Notes under the pieces: generated by a model
Told to the model about the DNA's origin: nothing
Databases searched by the model: none
Seen by the model: the letters and a program-made list of their open reading frames with translations, nothing else
Assembly: GCA_009594995.1 (NCBI GenBank)
Contig: VOPR01000010.1
Coordinates: 31,062-95,061 of the forward strand
DNA: 64,000 nucleotides
Reading direction: 5' to 3'
Source of the DNA: Nitrospira sp.
GTDB lineage: Bacteria; Nitrospirota; Nitrospiria; Nitrospirales; Nitrospiraceae
Position numbers and translations under genes: made by a program
Shown: positions 49,455-59,784 of the stretch, in pieces
Layout: every line of letters begins with the position of its first letter
Position numbering within the stretch: position 1 is the stretch's first letter

Positions 49455-50803
49455 AGAGTATGGCTGATCTTGCAGTTCGTGTTGAGAACCTCTGGAAGCA
49501 GTATCGTGTCGGGCGACAGCCGGAACGCTATTCCACGCTTCGAGATACCATTACCAATGCATTCCGTGCCCCGGTCGAACTCGTGCAGAGCGTTCTACGC
49601 GGGCAGCACAATCGGCGTCTGTCAGGTGACGATCATTTTTGGGCGGTGAAGGACGTGTCCTTCGATATCCGCCGGGGAGAGGTTGTCGGCATCATCGGGC
49701 GCAATGGTGCGGGGAAAAGCACATTACTCAAAATGCTCTCGCGAATCACCGAACCGTCTGTGGGGCAAATCTCGCTTTACGGAAGAGTGGGCTCACTGCT
49801 GGAGGTCGGCACCGGGTTTCATCCGGAGCTGACCGGGCGGGAAAACATTCAGCTCAATGCGGCCATCCTCGGGATGAAACGTGAAGAGCTCGCCGCGAAG
49901 TTTGATGAAATTGTCGCGTTTGCTGAGGTGGAAAAGTTTATCGATACGGCCGTCAAACACTACTCCAGCGGTATGTATCTCCGGTTGGCCTTCTCGGTGG
50001 CGGCTCATCTGGAGCCGGAGATTCTCATTGTGGACGAAGTGCTGGCCGTCGGCGACGCCGCATTTCAGAAGAAGTGTTTGGGCAAAATGGAAGGGGTCGC
50101 CAAAGAAGGCCGTACCGTACTGTTTGTGAGTCACAATATGCAGGCAGTGACTCGTCTTTGCGAACGCGTCATTCTGCTCGACAATGGCGAGGTCGTAGGC
50201 GATGGCCCCGCCAGCCAATTGGTGACCCGCTATCTTTCCTCCAGCGAGGGAAGCACCAAAGTTCGTGAATGGAACGATCCTGTGCGGGCGCCCGGCAGCG
50301 ATGTCCTCCGTCTGCGAGCCGTGCGGACACGTGATGAAGACGGCCAACCGACTGATTTGGTAGATATTCGAAAACCGGTCGCTGTCGAGATCGAATACGA
50401 AGTCCTCAAGCCCGGGTATATTTTTCATCCGTGCTTCAGTGTGCACAATAGTGAAGGCGTGCATCTATTCTCTGCGCAGGATACAGACCGCACATGGATG
50501 CGAAAGCCGCGTCCGTCCGGTCGGTATACCAGCACCGGATGGATCCCTGGAGATTTGCTGAACGAAGGAGCAATGTTTGTAGGCGTGGCGATCTGGACTC
50601 TGGCTCCGGATATTTGCCACTTCTACGAGAGGGATGCCGTCGCCTTCCATGTCGTCGATTCCTTTGAAGAAGGATCGTCACGAGGGGGCTGGTTGGGAAA
50701 CGTACCTGGGGTCATCCGGCCCTTCTGCAAATGGGACACGCAACTCGAGCAAAGTATGTCGCAAGCGCTTCATGCCCCACCTCAAGAGCAGCTCAAGGCG
50801 TAA
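49451..50803 (+). CDS. wzt: ABC polysaccharide transporter ATPase with C-terminal carbohydrate-binding domain
   Basis: GRNGAGKST, LLEVGTGFHPELTGREN, YSSGM..RLAF, VDEVL.VGD, VSH; about 180-aa C-terminal extension. Confidence 0.94.
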   Translation: MKSMADLAVRVENLWKQYRVGRQPERYSTLRDTITNAFRAPVELVQSVLRGQHNRRLSGDDHFWAVKDVSFDIRRGEVVGIIGRNGAGKSTLLKMLSRITEPSVGQISLYGRVGSLLEVGTGFHPELTGRENIQLNAAILGMKREELAAKFDEIVAFAEVEKFIDTAVKHYSSGMYLRLAFSVAAHLEPEILIVDEVLAVGDAAFQKKCLGKMEGVAKEGRTVLFVSHNMQAVTRLCERVILLDNGEVVGDGPASQLVTRYLSSSEGSTKVREWNDPVRAPGSDVLRLRAVRTRDEDGQPTDLVDIRKPVAVEIEYEVLKPGYIFHPCFSVHNSEGVHLFSAQDTDRTWMRKPRPSGRYTSTGWIPGDLLNEGAMFVGVAIWTLAPDICHFYERDAVAFHVVDSFEEGSSRGGWLGNVPGVIRPFCKWDTQLEQSMSQALHAPPQEQLKA

Positions 50804-50875
50804 TCCAAGATTGCGGCGGAGTTCAGCCCACCGTGACCGATCGGTTGTTCCACTCTTTGGATAGATCGCTTCCTG

Positions 50876-51586
50876 ATGCCCGTCCTCAAAAAATTCATGC
50901 TCGACTGCGCCCACTTCTGCATGCTGTGGGCCTGGGTCTGGCCGGTCGGGCGGTTGGCGACCTGGTGCGCAACCTGGTTTGTTCCCCCGGATCGGGGGCG
51001 TTCCTGCCTGGCCTGGTTTCACCGGAAGGGCTATGTGTCACTCGAAGCCACTATTTACGGCGTCGATGTTATGCTGGGAGACAATGTGTTCGTGGGGGAC
51101 CGTGTCGTCCTGTATCAAGATCGGGATGGTGGTCCGATCGAAATGGGAAAAGGTGTGCACATTTACGGTGACACACATATACAAACGGCACAAGGCGGTC
51201 GTATTACCATCGGCGCCAATACGCATATTCAGCCCCGGTGTCAATTTACCGCTTGTCTTGTCCCCATTGAGATTGGCACCGGCGTGCACATTGCAACAGG
51301 TTGTGCATTCTATCCATACGATCATGGGGTGGCACCCGACGTGCTGATTGGCGAACAGCCCTTGCAAAGCAAGGGGCCGATTCGTGTGGACGACGACGCA
51401 TGGTTGGGGTGTGGAGTAATAGTGTTATCCGGCGTGCATATAGGAAAAGGGGCGGTTGTCGGTGCTGGCTCCGTTGTCACGAGCGATATCCCGGATGGAG
51501 CTATCGCTGTCGGCTCTCCTGCCCGTGTCATCAAGATGAGGAGTGATTTGCGGGAATCGGCGGCTATTAGAAGGTCTCATTCTTGA
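50876..51586 (+). CDS. Left-handed beta-helix (hexapeptide) O-acyltransferase
   Basis: D.AWLG.GV.VL.GV.IG.GAVVGAGSVVT.DIP..A.AVG.PARV. Confidence 0.88.
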   Translation: MPVLKKFMLDCAHFCMLWAWVWPVGRLATWCATWFVPPDRGRSCLAWFHRKGYVSLEATIYGVDVMLGDNVFVGDRVVLYQDRDGGPIEMGKGVHIYGDTHIQTAQGGRITIGANTHIQPRCQFTACLVPIEIGTGVHIATGCAFYPYDHGVAPDVLIGEQPLQSKGPIRVDDDAWLGCGVIVLSGVHIGKGAVVGAGSVVTSDIPDGAIAVGSPARVIKMRSDLRESAAIRRSHS

Positions 51587-51702
51587 TAGAAACACTTGAC
51601 GTTGATGGTTTCGCAAAGTCTGAAAATCATCGCAGGCGCTAAGGACTGCTGTCCCGACATTCGTATCCTTACGCTGCCCCCGCGGTTGGACGGAAATTTG
51701 TA

Positions 51703-52059
51703 TTGACCGACTCCAGTCGTTTATTGAGATCTGGCTGTACTCCGGAATCGCTGTGGAAGAGTTTTACCCCAGGGGATCAACCAGTATTTATGGACCTCGA
51801 CCAGCCTCGGTTTCTCAAACATCTGATCGGCTCGAAGGACCTTGGTGGGATAAGTGCTTCGATTCTTATTCCTAAGGAAATGATCAAGAAGATAGTTCCC
51901 GTCGACCTGTCAATATCAACCGGCCCGATTTGGGTCGAATGGTTCAATGTCGGTACCGGTGAATCCGTTGTTATCGGGACGGCAAACGGGGGCGATATTC
52001 AAAACTTTGGAGTGCCCGTTAACGGGGACGCTATCCTCTATCTCGGTACTGACAAATGA
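51703..52059 (+). pseudogene. Probable remnant of a DUF4038/DUF6298-like protein with a collagen-binding-type C-terminal domain
   Basis: WKSF..G.QP.FMD then VDLS...G...VEWFN..TG......GG....F..P..GDA.LYL; much shorter than such proteins, with a poor TTG start. Confidence 0.45.
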
Positions 52060-53048
52060 GAGATCAACCGATGACATCCATCGTTCAGCCGTTAGTAACG
52101 GTACTCACACCCGTATACAACGGGGAAAAGTACATCGTCGAATGTATTGAAAGTGTACTGGCTCAGTCTTATGAGAACTGGGAATATCACATCATCAATA
52201 ATTGCAGCACGGATGGGACGTTGACGATTGCCAAAGCATATGCCGCGCGAGATCCACGGATTCGCGTGACCACGAACACGCGATTCGTGGGTGTACAAGA
52301 AAATCACAACATCGCGTTTAGATGCGTGCCCGTGACGAGCAAGTATTGCAAGGTCGTACATGCCGACGACTGGTTGTTTCCAGACTGTATAGAAAAAATG
52401 GTGAGCCTCGCGGAAGCCAATCCCAGTGTCGGCATTGTGGGGGCCTATGGTCTTAGGAACAGTCAGGTCGTGTGGGATGGTCTACCGTATCCCAGCACGA
52501 TGGTCAATGGTCGGGAGGTATGCCGGAGCTTGCTGATGGGTGGCTCAAGCGTATTTGGGACCCCCACTTCCGTGCTCTTTCGGTCGGACGAAGTGAGAAG
52601 TCGCAGTACATTTTTTAGCGAGATGCATTTGCATTCTGATATGGAAGCCTGCTTAGACGTTCTTCAGAAGACTGATTTCGGATTCGTACACCAGGTACTG
52701 ACATATACCCGGGTACATGCGAACAATGCGAGCGAGTTTGACACGGTGTCCCTGCATCTGCCCGAAATCGAAATGCTGTACAAATATGGGCCGGTGTATC
52801 TCCAGGATGATGAGTTCAAAGAGCAAGCCCGAAGCATGTGGGACCGATATTACACCTCCTTAGGCTCCAAGGTTTTCCGTAACCGGAATAAACAGTTCTG
52901 GCACTATCATCGGACGACGCTCAAGCGGCTGGGACATGCCTTGCAGGTGAGCCGGATTGGGATGGCTGTTTTTTTCAAGGTGCTGGATCTCGGATTAAAT
53001 CCACTCAGTACCTCGCTTCGAGTTGCCAGAAGAATTGGCGTTCTCTAG
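52056..53048 (+). CDS. GT2 glycosyltransferase
   Basis: VTVLTPVYNGE.YI.ECIESVL.Q.Y.NWE, NNCSTDGT, ADD. Confidence 0.93.
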   Translation: MRDQPMTSIVQPLVTVLTPVYNGEKYIVECIESVLAQSYENWEYHIINNCSTDGTLTIAKAYAARDPRIRVTTNTRFVGVQENHNIAFRCVPVTSKYCKVVHADDWLFPDCIEKMVSLAEANPSVGIVGAYGLRNSQVVWDGLPYPSTMVNGREVCRSLLMGGSSVFGTPTSVLFRSDEVRSRSTFFSEMHLHSDMEACLDVLQKTDFGFVHQVLTYTRVHANNASEFDTVSLHLPEIEMLYKYGPVYLQDDEFKEQARSMWDRYYTSLGSKVFRNRNKQFWHYHRTTLKRLGHALQVSRIGMAVFFKVLDLGLNPLSTSLRVARRIGVL

Positions 53049-53144
53049 CGTAGAATCCCGCCGATATTGCAGCGTTCCATATGTGTACCTCTCTTGCGCC
53101 TGAGTACGGGAATCAGTTCCTTCCTAGCCAAAGGCAGTGACAAC

Positions 53145-54572
53145 ATGAAACACGTCATGATGATTGCGCGATTGTTTCCGCCGGAGGGGTCAGCCACGTC
53201 TTTTCGGACGTTGCGGTTTGTTCGTCAACTTGTCGCGCGAGGCTGGAAGACCACGGTGGTCACTGCAACACCCAGTCAGTACGAGCGGTACGACGCCAAG
53301 CTCGTGGAGATGGTACCTTCTCAGACGCGAGTCATTCCTGCGCTTGGTTATGATCGGTGGCAGCAATTTCAGTCGTGGCGTGCAAGGCGAATGACCATGG
53401 CATCTAGCTCCGTTGGCAGTGCTGCAATGCATCATGAGGGTGGAGAAGCGGCAGGGCTGAGGACTCGGTTACGGAGCATGGTGAGAAGCGCCGAGGCAGT
53501 ATGGTATCAGCCGGATGTGGCAAGTCCGTGGATCCCGCACGGGGTGAACGCCGCGTTGACGGCCTGTGCCGAGGCTCGTCCTCACATGCTCTGGGCCAAT
53601 GCCGGGCGTCTGTCCGCCTTTTATATTGCGCAACAAGTGTCGGAGCGTACCGGTATTCCGTACGTCCTGGATTTTGACGATGCGTGGAGTATCACCGCGA
53701 ACGATCACGATGTCCGGAGAACGAGGGGGGCCACACGGGCGTTGCGTCGGCGGATGTATGGATTACTGCAGCATGCTCATGCGGTGGTGTTCCGATACGA
53801 GAGCGAGGCGGAATGTTTCTGGCGTGCCTATCCCGGAGCGCTACAGGCATCAAAAATCTATGTGATTCCCAACGGATTTGAGGCGCCGATCGAGCCGTTT
53901 TTGGTGCCCACAGGAGAGCGGTGTACGATCCTCTACTCGGGCACCCTTCCTGATTACCGTTACGATACGTTGCTGAGCGCGCTCGGGGAGCTGAAGAGGA
54001 AAGACCCGCATAGTGCCAAACGGTTGCTGCTGCGCTTCGTGGGCGAAGGGATGGAACCGCTGGCCGCCGAGGTCAATATTCGTGGCCTCTCTGGCATGGT
54101 CGAAACGTCTGGGCCGATCTCCTTTGAGGAGGTGTCTCGCCTCCAGCGTGAGGCGCACGCATTGCTAGCGCTTGGACGGCCCTCGACCATGAAGGGGTAT
54201 GAACTATTTGCGGGTGCCAAGCTGTTCGGTTACCTGAAAGGTGGTCGTCCCATCATAGGAGTATTGCCGCAGGACGAAACGAAAAACGTGTTGATGCGCG
54301 TGGGAGCGCAAACAGTCGCCGATGTCGACTCAGTCCCTGAGATCGTGGCCGTTCTTCAGATGTTTCTCGGGAAATGGGCATCCCGCAATTTGGAGTCGTT
54401 GTCCCCGGATCGTAAAGCGTGCGAGGCCTACTCGTCCGAACGGCAAACTGAGATTTTGGTACGTGCTCTTGAGGGCATTCCTTCTGAAAAACCATTCATT
54501 CCGGGTGCGCAGTCCATTCCACCAAGCTTGCGTGAAATTGAAGATCCACGTTGGTTGGAAGGCCGTTGTTAG
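53145..54572 (+). CDS. GT4 glycosyltransferase
   Basis: MIA..FPP, DF.DAW, VIPNGF, LYSGT, AKLF.YL..GRPI. Confidence 0.82.
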   Translation: MKHVMMIARLFPPEGSATSFRTLRFVRQLVARGWKTTVVTATPSQYERYDAKLVEMVPSQTRVIPALGYDRWQQFQSWRARRMTMASSSVGSAAMHHEGGEAAGLRTRLRSMVRSAEAVWYQPDVASPWIPHGVNAALTACAEARPHMLWANAGRLSAFYIAQQVSERTGIPYVLDFDDAWSITANDHDVRRTRGATRALRRRMYGLLQHAHAVVFRYESEAECFWRAYPGALQASKIYVIPNGFEAPIEPFLVPTGERCTILYSGTLPDYRYDTLLSALGELKRKDPHSAKRLLLRFVGEGMEPLAAEVNIRGLSGMVETSGPISFEEVSRLQREAHALLALGRPSTMKGYELFAGAKLFGYLKGGRPIIGVLPQDETKNVLMRVGAQTVADVDSVPEIVAVLQMFLGKWASRNLESLSPDRKACEAYSSERQTEILVRALEGIPSEKPFIPGAQSIPPSLREIEDPRWLEGRC

Positions 54573-54642
54573 CAGGTAACGTTGTTATTCCGATGTGATC
54601 ATTGCCTCGCCATACATCCACGCGAGGAAGCAGGAGTCTGAC

Positions 54643-55485
54643 GTGTATTTTTGTATCCGTGACGATGATACCAGTTTCTTCACTTCACCTGATGAACTGG
54701 AGCGCGCGTACGGGGAAGTGACCAAGTATGGTCCAGTGTCGTTGGCGATCATTCCCTTTTGCCGTGCAGGGAGCAGCAAAGGTGTTCCTGTGGCCCACCG
54801 TAAGCAATGGTCGATCCATGCGCTTGAGGAAAACGGAGCGTTGGTAGAATACCTGCGCCAGGGAATTGCCGACGGACGGTACGAAGCGATGTTGCATGGG
54901 TACCACCATGACGAGCCCGAGAATCGACGGGAGTTTTTGCAGGGCTCTGAACTTGCGCGAAAAGTCCGTGAAGGAAAACAATACTTAGAGGGGTTGCTGG
55001 AAACCACTATCCGAGTCTTCGTCCCGCCACACAATGCAATTGGCAAAGAGGGATTGAACGCAATCACAAACGCCGGATTGCATCTTGGCGGCGTCGCAGG
55101 TATGCGCCACGGATGGCCGTGGTGGTCACCCTCCTGTTTAGGAGTGTGGTGGCGGTTGAGGCGCAGGCGAAAACAGGGATTCGACGGGTTGCCGTATGTA
55201 CTTGATATCGCGGGTCATAGGGAGTTGGCAGGTACCCCCGTTACTCCTGATGCCGTGCTCCAAAGAAGCTTGAAACGCTTTGATGAAGCGACCGGACTTA
55301 ATGGGGCATTCTGTGCGGCGACACATTATTGGGAACTAGATCATCCAGTCACAGATCCAGATGCCAAAACTGTCGGAGATCATCTGTATAAGTTGATTGA
55401 GCGGGCGATGGCTGATTCCACTGTGCGATGGGAGTCTGTTGGTACCGTGCTGGCACAAAGCGCACCTTTAGGTGAACGATCATAA
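54643..55485 (+). CDS. DUF2334/polysaccharide deacetylase-like protein
   Basis: IRDDD, LHGY.H..EF, FVPP.N, HYWE; GTG start after AGGAG. Confidence 0.78.
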   Translation: MYFCIRDDDTSFFTSPDELERAYGEVTKYGPVSLAIIPFCRAGSSKGVPVAHRKQWSIHALEENGALVEYLRQGIADGRYEAMLHGYHHDEPENRREFLQGSELARKVREGKQYLEGLLETTIRVFVPPHNAIGKEGLNAITNAGLHLGGVAGMRHGWPWWSPSCLGVWWRLRRRRKQGFDGLPYVLDIAGHRELAGTPVTPDAVLQRSLKRFDEATGLNGAFCAATHYWELDHPVTDPDAKTVGDHLYKLIERAMADSTVRWESVGTVLAQSAPLGERS

Positions 55486-55561
55486 TGCAGTCCTTCGCGG
55501 TTTCCTGATCACTCAAAATTGCTCCGTTACCTTCTCCGCTGCCTGAATCAGAGACATTTTT

Positions 55562-57415
55562 ATGTGCGGTTTCTTGGCCATTCTTCAGGATGCTCCCCGC
55601 ATCGAACGTTGTACGGCGCAGGCTGCTGCCGATCGTCTTGCTCATCGGGGACCCGATGCCGCAGGGGTATGGACGGAAGAGCATGTCATGCTTTTTCACC
55701 GGCGCCTGTCGATCATCGATGTAGCAACGGGCCAGCAGCCGATGGTCAGTCGGAATCAGCGATATGTCATCGTTTTCAATGGTGAGATTTACAATCATGC
55801 GGAGGTGCGTGAACAGTTAGCCCGAGAGGGCATCCGGTTTCGAACCCAATCCGACACCGAGGTGCTTTTGGAAGGGTTTTCGCGATGGGGTGCGGGGATC
55901 ATCAATAAAATAAACGGCATCTTTGCATTTGTCGTATGGGATCGATCGAACAAGGTAGCGTTTGGCGCGCGTGACCGATTAGGTATCAAGCCTTTGGCCT
56001 GGGCCGTTTCCGCAGGGACACTGGTTCTGTCTTCCACGCTCGAACCATTTGATGTGCTTCGAGAATGTGGACAGGTGGACCCGATCGCTGTGAGGGATCT
56101 TCTGGCATTCGACTACATTCCCTCTCCACGCTCAATCTTGAAGGGCGTACACAAGCTTGAGCCGGGATGCAGATTTGAGTGGAGGCCTGGCGATGAGGCG
56201 CCGCGTATTCAACGCTACTGGGCCCCTCCGGGTGCTGATGTAAACGCCGAACCACCGTCTGAGAAAGACCTTGAAGAATTACTTCAACAGGTCGTGCGGC
56301 GTCAGATGATCAGCGATGTGCCGATCGGCGTATTCCTTTCCGGTGGTATCGATTCCTCTCTCCTGGTGGCCTTGATGTCCCGTGAGAGTCAAAAGCCGGT
56401 ACGATCCTTCTCGATTGCGTTCAAGGATGCCTCGGCGGACGAATCCTCCATAGCGGGGCTCGTGGCGCGACAGTTCGGAACGGATCATACGGTACTTCCA
56501 GCCGAGGAATTCGGCTCAGAGTTGCTGTTAGATTTTCTCGGTAGCCTAGACGAGCCTTTTGCCGATCCCGCGGCTGTCCCCACCTATGCCCTGTCAAGAA
56601 TGACGGCGGGATATGTCAAGGTGGCGCTTTCTGGTGACGGTGGCGATGAGGTTTTCGGAGGATATCCCAAATACCTGACGGGCAATGAACAGTCCTCCCC
56701 GACTTTGGGGTACCGCATCCTCGATCGAACCCTGCGCCTATCGAATTGGCGGCCGCGCGGTATGTCGCATCTGTATTGGCGCACCCTCAATTCTGAGGCG
56801 CGCCTTCGCTGGTCATGGGTGAGGTATGGAGATTTTCCGATCTTCCGAAAGGATCTACGTCAGGTACTTACTCGGCCGTACCACCGGAGGGCGCAGGTGG
56901 CAGAATACTTTGAGCCGTGGGAACGGCGCGCCGGACGATATAGCCAGTCGATCAGCACGGATGTGTTAATGCGCGCCGACCTGGAGACCTATCTGAGTGA
57001 GAACTGCCTTGTAAAGACCGATAGAGCCAGCATGCTAGCCTCGCTGGAAGTCCGAGTACCTTACCTGGACGAGTTGATCCTGGATCGTATTCTTCCTCTG
57101 CATGCAAACGTGAAAATCGTCAATGGCACGTTGAAAGCGTTGCTCATGCCGATCGCACGACGGATTCTCCCCAGACAGGTATGGGATCGGCCAAAACATG
57201 GATTCAACGTCCCCCTCGACACATTGCTCTCCAGTGTATGGAGACCGGCATTCGACGCTGCGATCGATTGGGGAGAACGCCATATCGATCTGTTCAATTA
57301 TCCTTACCTCAAGCGTCTCCAAGCTATCAGCAGATCGGAGCGGGGGATTGGACGAGAACTTTGGGGTCCATTTGTCTTTCTTGCCTGGGCGATGAAACGC
57401 AAGGTCACGTTATGA
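55562..57415 (+). CDS. asnB: AsnB-family glutamine amidotransferase (probably polysaccharide amidation)
   Basis: MCG N-terminal Cys, HRGPD, FNGEIYN, RDRLGIKPL, LSGGIDSS, SGDGGDE.FGGY, DR.SM..SLE.RVP. Confidence 0.93.
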   Translation: MCGFLAILQDAPRIERCTAQAAADRLAHRGPDAAGVWTEEHVMLFHRRLSIIDVATGQQPMVSRNQRYVIVFNGEIYNHAEVREQLAREGIRFRTQSDTEVLLEGFSRWGAGIINKINGIFAFVVWDRSNKVAFGARDRLGIKPLAWAVSAGTLVLSSTLEPFDVLRECGQVDPIAVRDLLAFDYIPSPRSILKGVHKLEPGCRFEWRPGDEAPRIQRYWAPPGADVNAEPPSEKDLEELLQQVVRRQMISDVPIGVFLSGGIDSSLLVALMSRESQKPVRSFSIAFKDASADESSIAGLVARQFGTDHTVLPAEEFGSELLLDFLGSLDEPFADPAAVPTYALSRMTAGYVKVALSGDGGDEVFGGYPKYLTGNEQSSPTLGYRILDRTLRLSNWRPRGMSHLYWRTLNSEARLRWSWVRYGDFPIFRKDLRQVLTRPYHRRAQVAEYFEPWERRAGRYSQSISTDVLMRADLETYLSENCLVKTDRASMLASLEVRVPYLDELILDRILPLHANVKIVNGTLKALLMPIARRILPRQVWDRPKHGFNVPLDTLLSSVWRPAFDAAIDWGERHIDLFNYPYLKRLQAISRSERGIGRELWGPFVFLAWAMKRKVTL

Positions 57416-58497
57416 AGATCGCATTTCTGAACGATGTCGCATACGAATACGCCATAGGATCACCGAAGGCGGTAGGGGGAACAGAACGTGATATTTGGGT
57501 TCTGTCTCGCGCGCTGGCCGTTGCGGGGTGGGAGGTAGTCGTCGGAGTATGCGGAGCAATTGCCATTGGACAACGGAGAATGATCGACGGTGTGGAGTAT
57601 GTTGGCATCAACCCGGGAAATCCCATCGTCGTGTGGAATAGATTTCTTGCCTCTGAACGGCCCGACTGGTTGTTCTGGGAAGGTGCGTCACATTGGTGGG
57701 GGATTCTCGTGGAGCTTGCAAAACGGCACGCAGCCCGCACCGTGTTCCATACGGCATTTGATACCGATGTGTCGCCACGGAATGCGTTGGTGAGGCGGAG
57801 TAGCTGGTGGCCGTTGTACGCATGGGGGCTCGAGCGATCGGACAGAATCCTTGTTCAGCACGGGGGGCAGTTCGATCTATTGTCTTCGCGATGGAAATCA
57901 AAATCGGAGGTGCTTCCGAAGGTCTGCCAGCTTCCTCCGGCAATGATTCCTCACTCCGCACGGTCTTCATACATAGCCTGGGTCGCAATGTTACGCACAC
58001 CAAAACGCCCAGATCTCCTGGTTGAAATTGCCAGGAAAGCGCCTCATCTGAAATTTGTCGTGTGTGGTGGGCTGACGGCGCACAGGTCGCAAGGGGATAC
58101 TACTGCGCGAGCCGCAGAATCACTCAAGCAATTGCCGAACGTCGACTACCGCGGTCGTGTGGATCCTGAGGAAGCAGCTGGAGTCATTGAGAACGCGGCT
58201 TTGCTGCTGTGTACTTCCGACCAAGAGGGCTTTCCCAATACTTTTGTTCAGGCATGGAGCCATGGCACCCCCGTCGTGACACTCAGAGTGGATCCCGACA
58301 ACATTATCAAGGAGCGAAGATTGGGACTGGTCACCGGCCCTGTTGATGCGACAGTCGAGCGAGTGCAGCAGTTAATGTTCGACACCCAGGAGCGTCAGGC
58401 CATGGCCATCAGAGCACGTCAATATATTGTGGACGAACATAGTGCAGAAGTTGTGGTGAAAAAATTTGACGCCGCGACGCGCCATTCTATTCAGTGA
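57412..58497 (+). CDS. GT4 glycosyltransferase
   Basis: GGTE, KRPD, TSDQEGFPNTF.QAW..G.PVV; ATG overlaps the asnB stop (ATGA). Confidence 0.9.
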   Translation: MKIAFLNDVAYEYAIGSPKAVGGTERDIWVLSRALAVAGWEVVVGVCGAIAIGQRRMIDGVEYVGINPGNPIVVWNRFLASERPDWLFWEGASHWWGILVELAKRHAARTVFHTAFDTDVSPRNALVRRSSWWPLYAWGLERSDRILVQHGGQFDLLSSRWKSKSEVLPKVCQLPPAMIPHSARSSYIAWVAMLRTPKRPDLLVEIARKAPHLKFVVCGGLTAHRSQGDTTARAAESLKQLPNVDYRGRVDPEEAAGVIENAALLLCTSDQEGFPNTFVQAWSHGTPVVTLRVDPDNIIKERRLGLVTGPVDATVERVQQLMFDTQERQAMAIRARQYIVDEHSAEVVVKKFDAATRHSIQ

Positions 58498-58575
58498 TCT
58501 GCCGGCACAGTTCCACAGTACGGTATGCTCTTCTGCAATCCCGCTATGGCCCGCATGTAATTAGTTCAGAGTCTG

Positions 58576-59784
58576 ATGAGAGTCTTGGTTGTACAGTCGG
58601 AATTGGGTGTGCTTCGCGGGGGAGGAGAGAACTTCACGCGAAATTTGTTTCAGGCTTTTGCCGAACGAGGGCATGAGGTCTGGGCCACCTTTATCGCGGA
58701 TCCCAGTGGGGGATATCCCCTGGCACTTCCCCCGGCATTTCGCGCGCTTCCCCTGGCAGGACGCTGGTCAAGAAAACTGGGGCAGGACGCACTCTCCACG
58801 ATGGGGGAGTGTTTACCAAATCGATGGCAATTGAAGGCCCATTGGGAACGCGTGCAGGCGGCACTCTGCTGGCGAACCGTTCGATGGCATGATCGTCGGT
58901 TTACACGCCGCGTCGAGCAGGAGTTTCGTGGACGCTGGAACGAGTTCGATGCTGCCTATGTGCATGCGAGTGCAGTCTTGGCCTCTCGAATTGCGTCCTC
59001 CTGTCCCACCATGTTGCGATTGCCGGGGCCAGTCTCGTCAGAGTTTGAATCTGTGCTACGGTCAATTCCTGTGGTCTGCGCCAATGGAGATGCGTTGACC
59101 AAGATCCGCGAATTTGTTGGCGACCATGCTCTCGAACTTCCTATCGGGTTGGACGGGGAATTGTTCAAACCGGGCGCAACGCAAATTCGACAGCAGTTGG
59201 GATGGGCCGAAGAACACTGGGTGATCGGATACGTGGGGCGGTTAGCCTATATCAAAGGGATCGATTTACTTGCCCGAGCCTTCACAAGCATACGCCGAAC
59301 AGTGCCGCAGGCGAGGCTGTTGATTATAGGGTCTGGGGAAGAAGAAGGAAAGCTGCGATTGTGCTTGAAGCAGGAGATTGCAGCCGGAACCGTGCGGCTC
59401 GAAGCCGATGTGCCGCACGCTTCGTTGCCTGATTGGTATCGTGCCATGGATCTTTTCGTGATGCCGAGCCGATATGAAAATTATTCGAATGCTGTCTTGG
59501 AAGCGCTGGCGTGCGGCGTACCCTTTCTCGCATCGGGAATTGGTGGCAATCGAGGCGTGGCGGAGACCCGTGGTGGACGGTTGTTCGATCCGGGGTCGGA
59601 TGAGTCGTTGACGCAGACGTTGTTGTCCATCGCCACGAATCGACACGAGGCCAGACAGCGAGGCATGGCGGGGGGAGCAGAAGTGCGCAATCAATACAGC
59701 TGGCGTGCCAGCGCGAAACGCTTAGAGGCTATGTTGGAACAGGCTTGTGCAACCGTCGCCAGGAAAGCCATATGCACGCCCTAG
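58576..59784 (+). CDS. GT4 glycosyltransferase
   Basis: GGGE, YVGRL..IKG.D, PSRYENYSNAVLEALACG.P. Confidence 0.92.
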   Translation: MRVLVVQSELGVLRGGGENFTRNLFQAFAERGHEVWATFIADPSGGYPLALPPAFRALPLAGRWSRKLGQDALSTMGECLPNRWQLKAHWERVQAALCWRTVRWHDRRFTRRVEQEFRGRWNEFDAAYVHASAVLASRIASSCPTMLRLPGPVSSEFESVLRSIPVVCANGDALTKIREFVGDHALELPIGLDGELFKPGATQIRQQLGWAEEHWVIGYVGRLAYIKGIDLLARAFTSIRRTVPQARLLIIGSGEEEGKLRLCLKQEIAAGTVRLEADVPHASLPDWYRAMDLFVMPSRYENYSNAVLEALACGVPFLASGIGGNRGVAETRGGRLFDPGSDESLTQTLLSIATNRHEARQRGMAGGAEVRNQYSWRASAKRLEAMLEQACATVARKAICTP

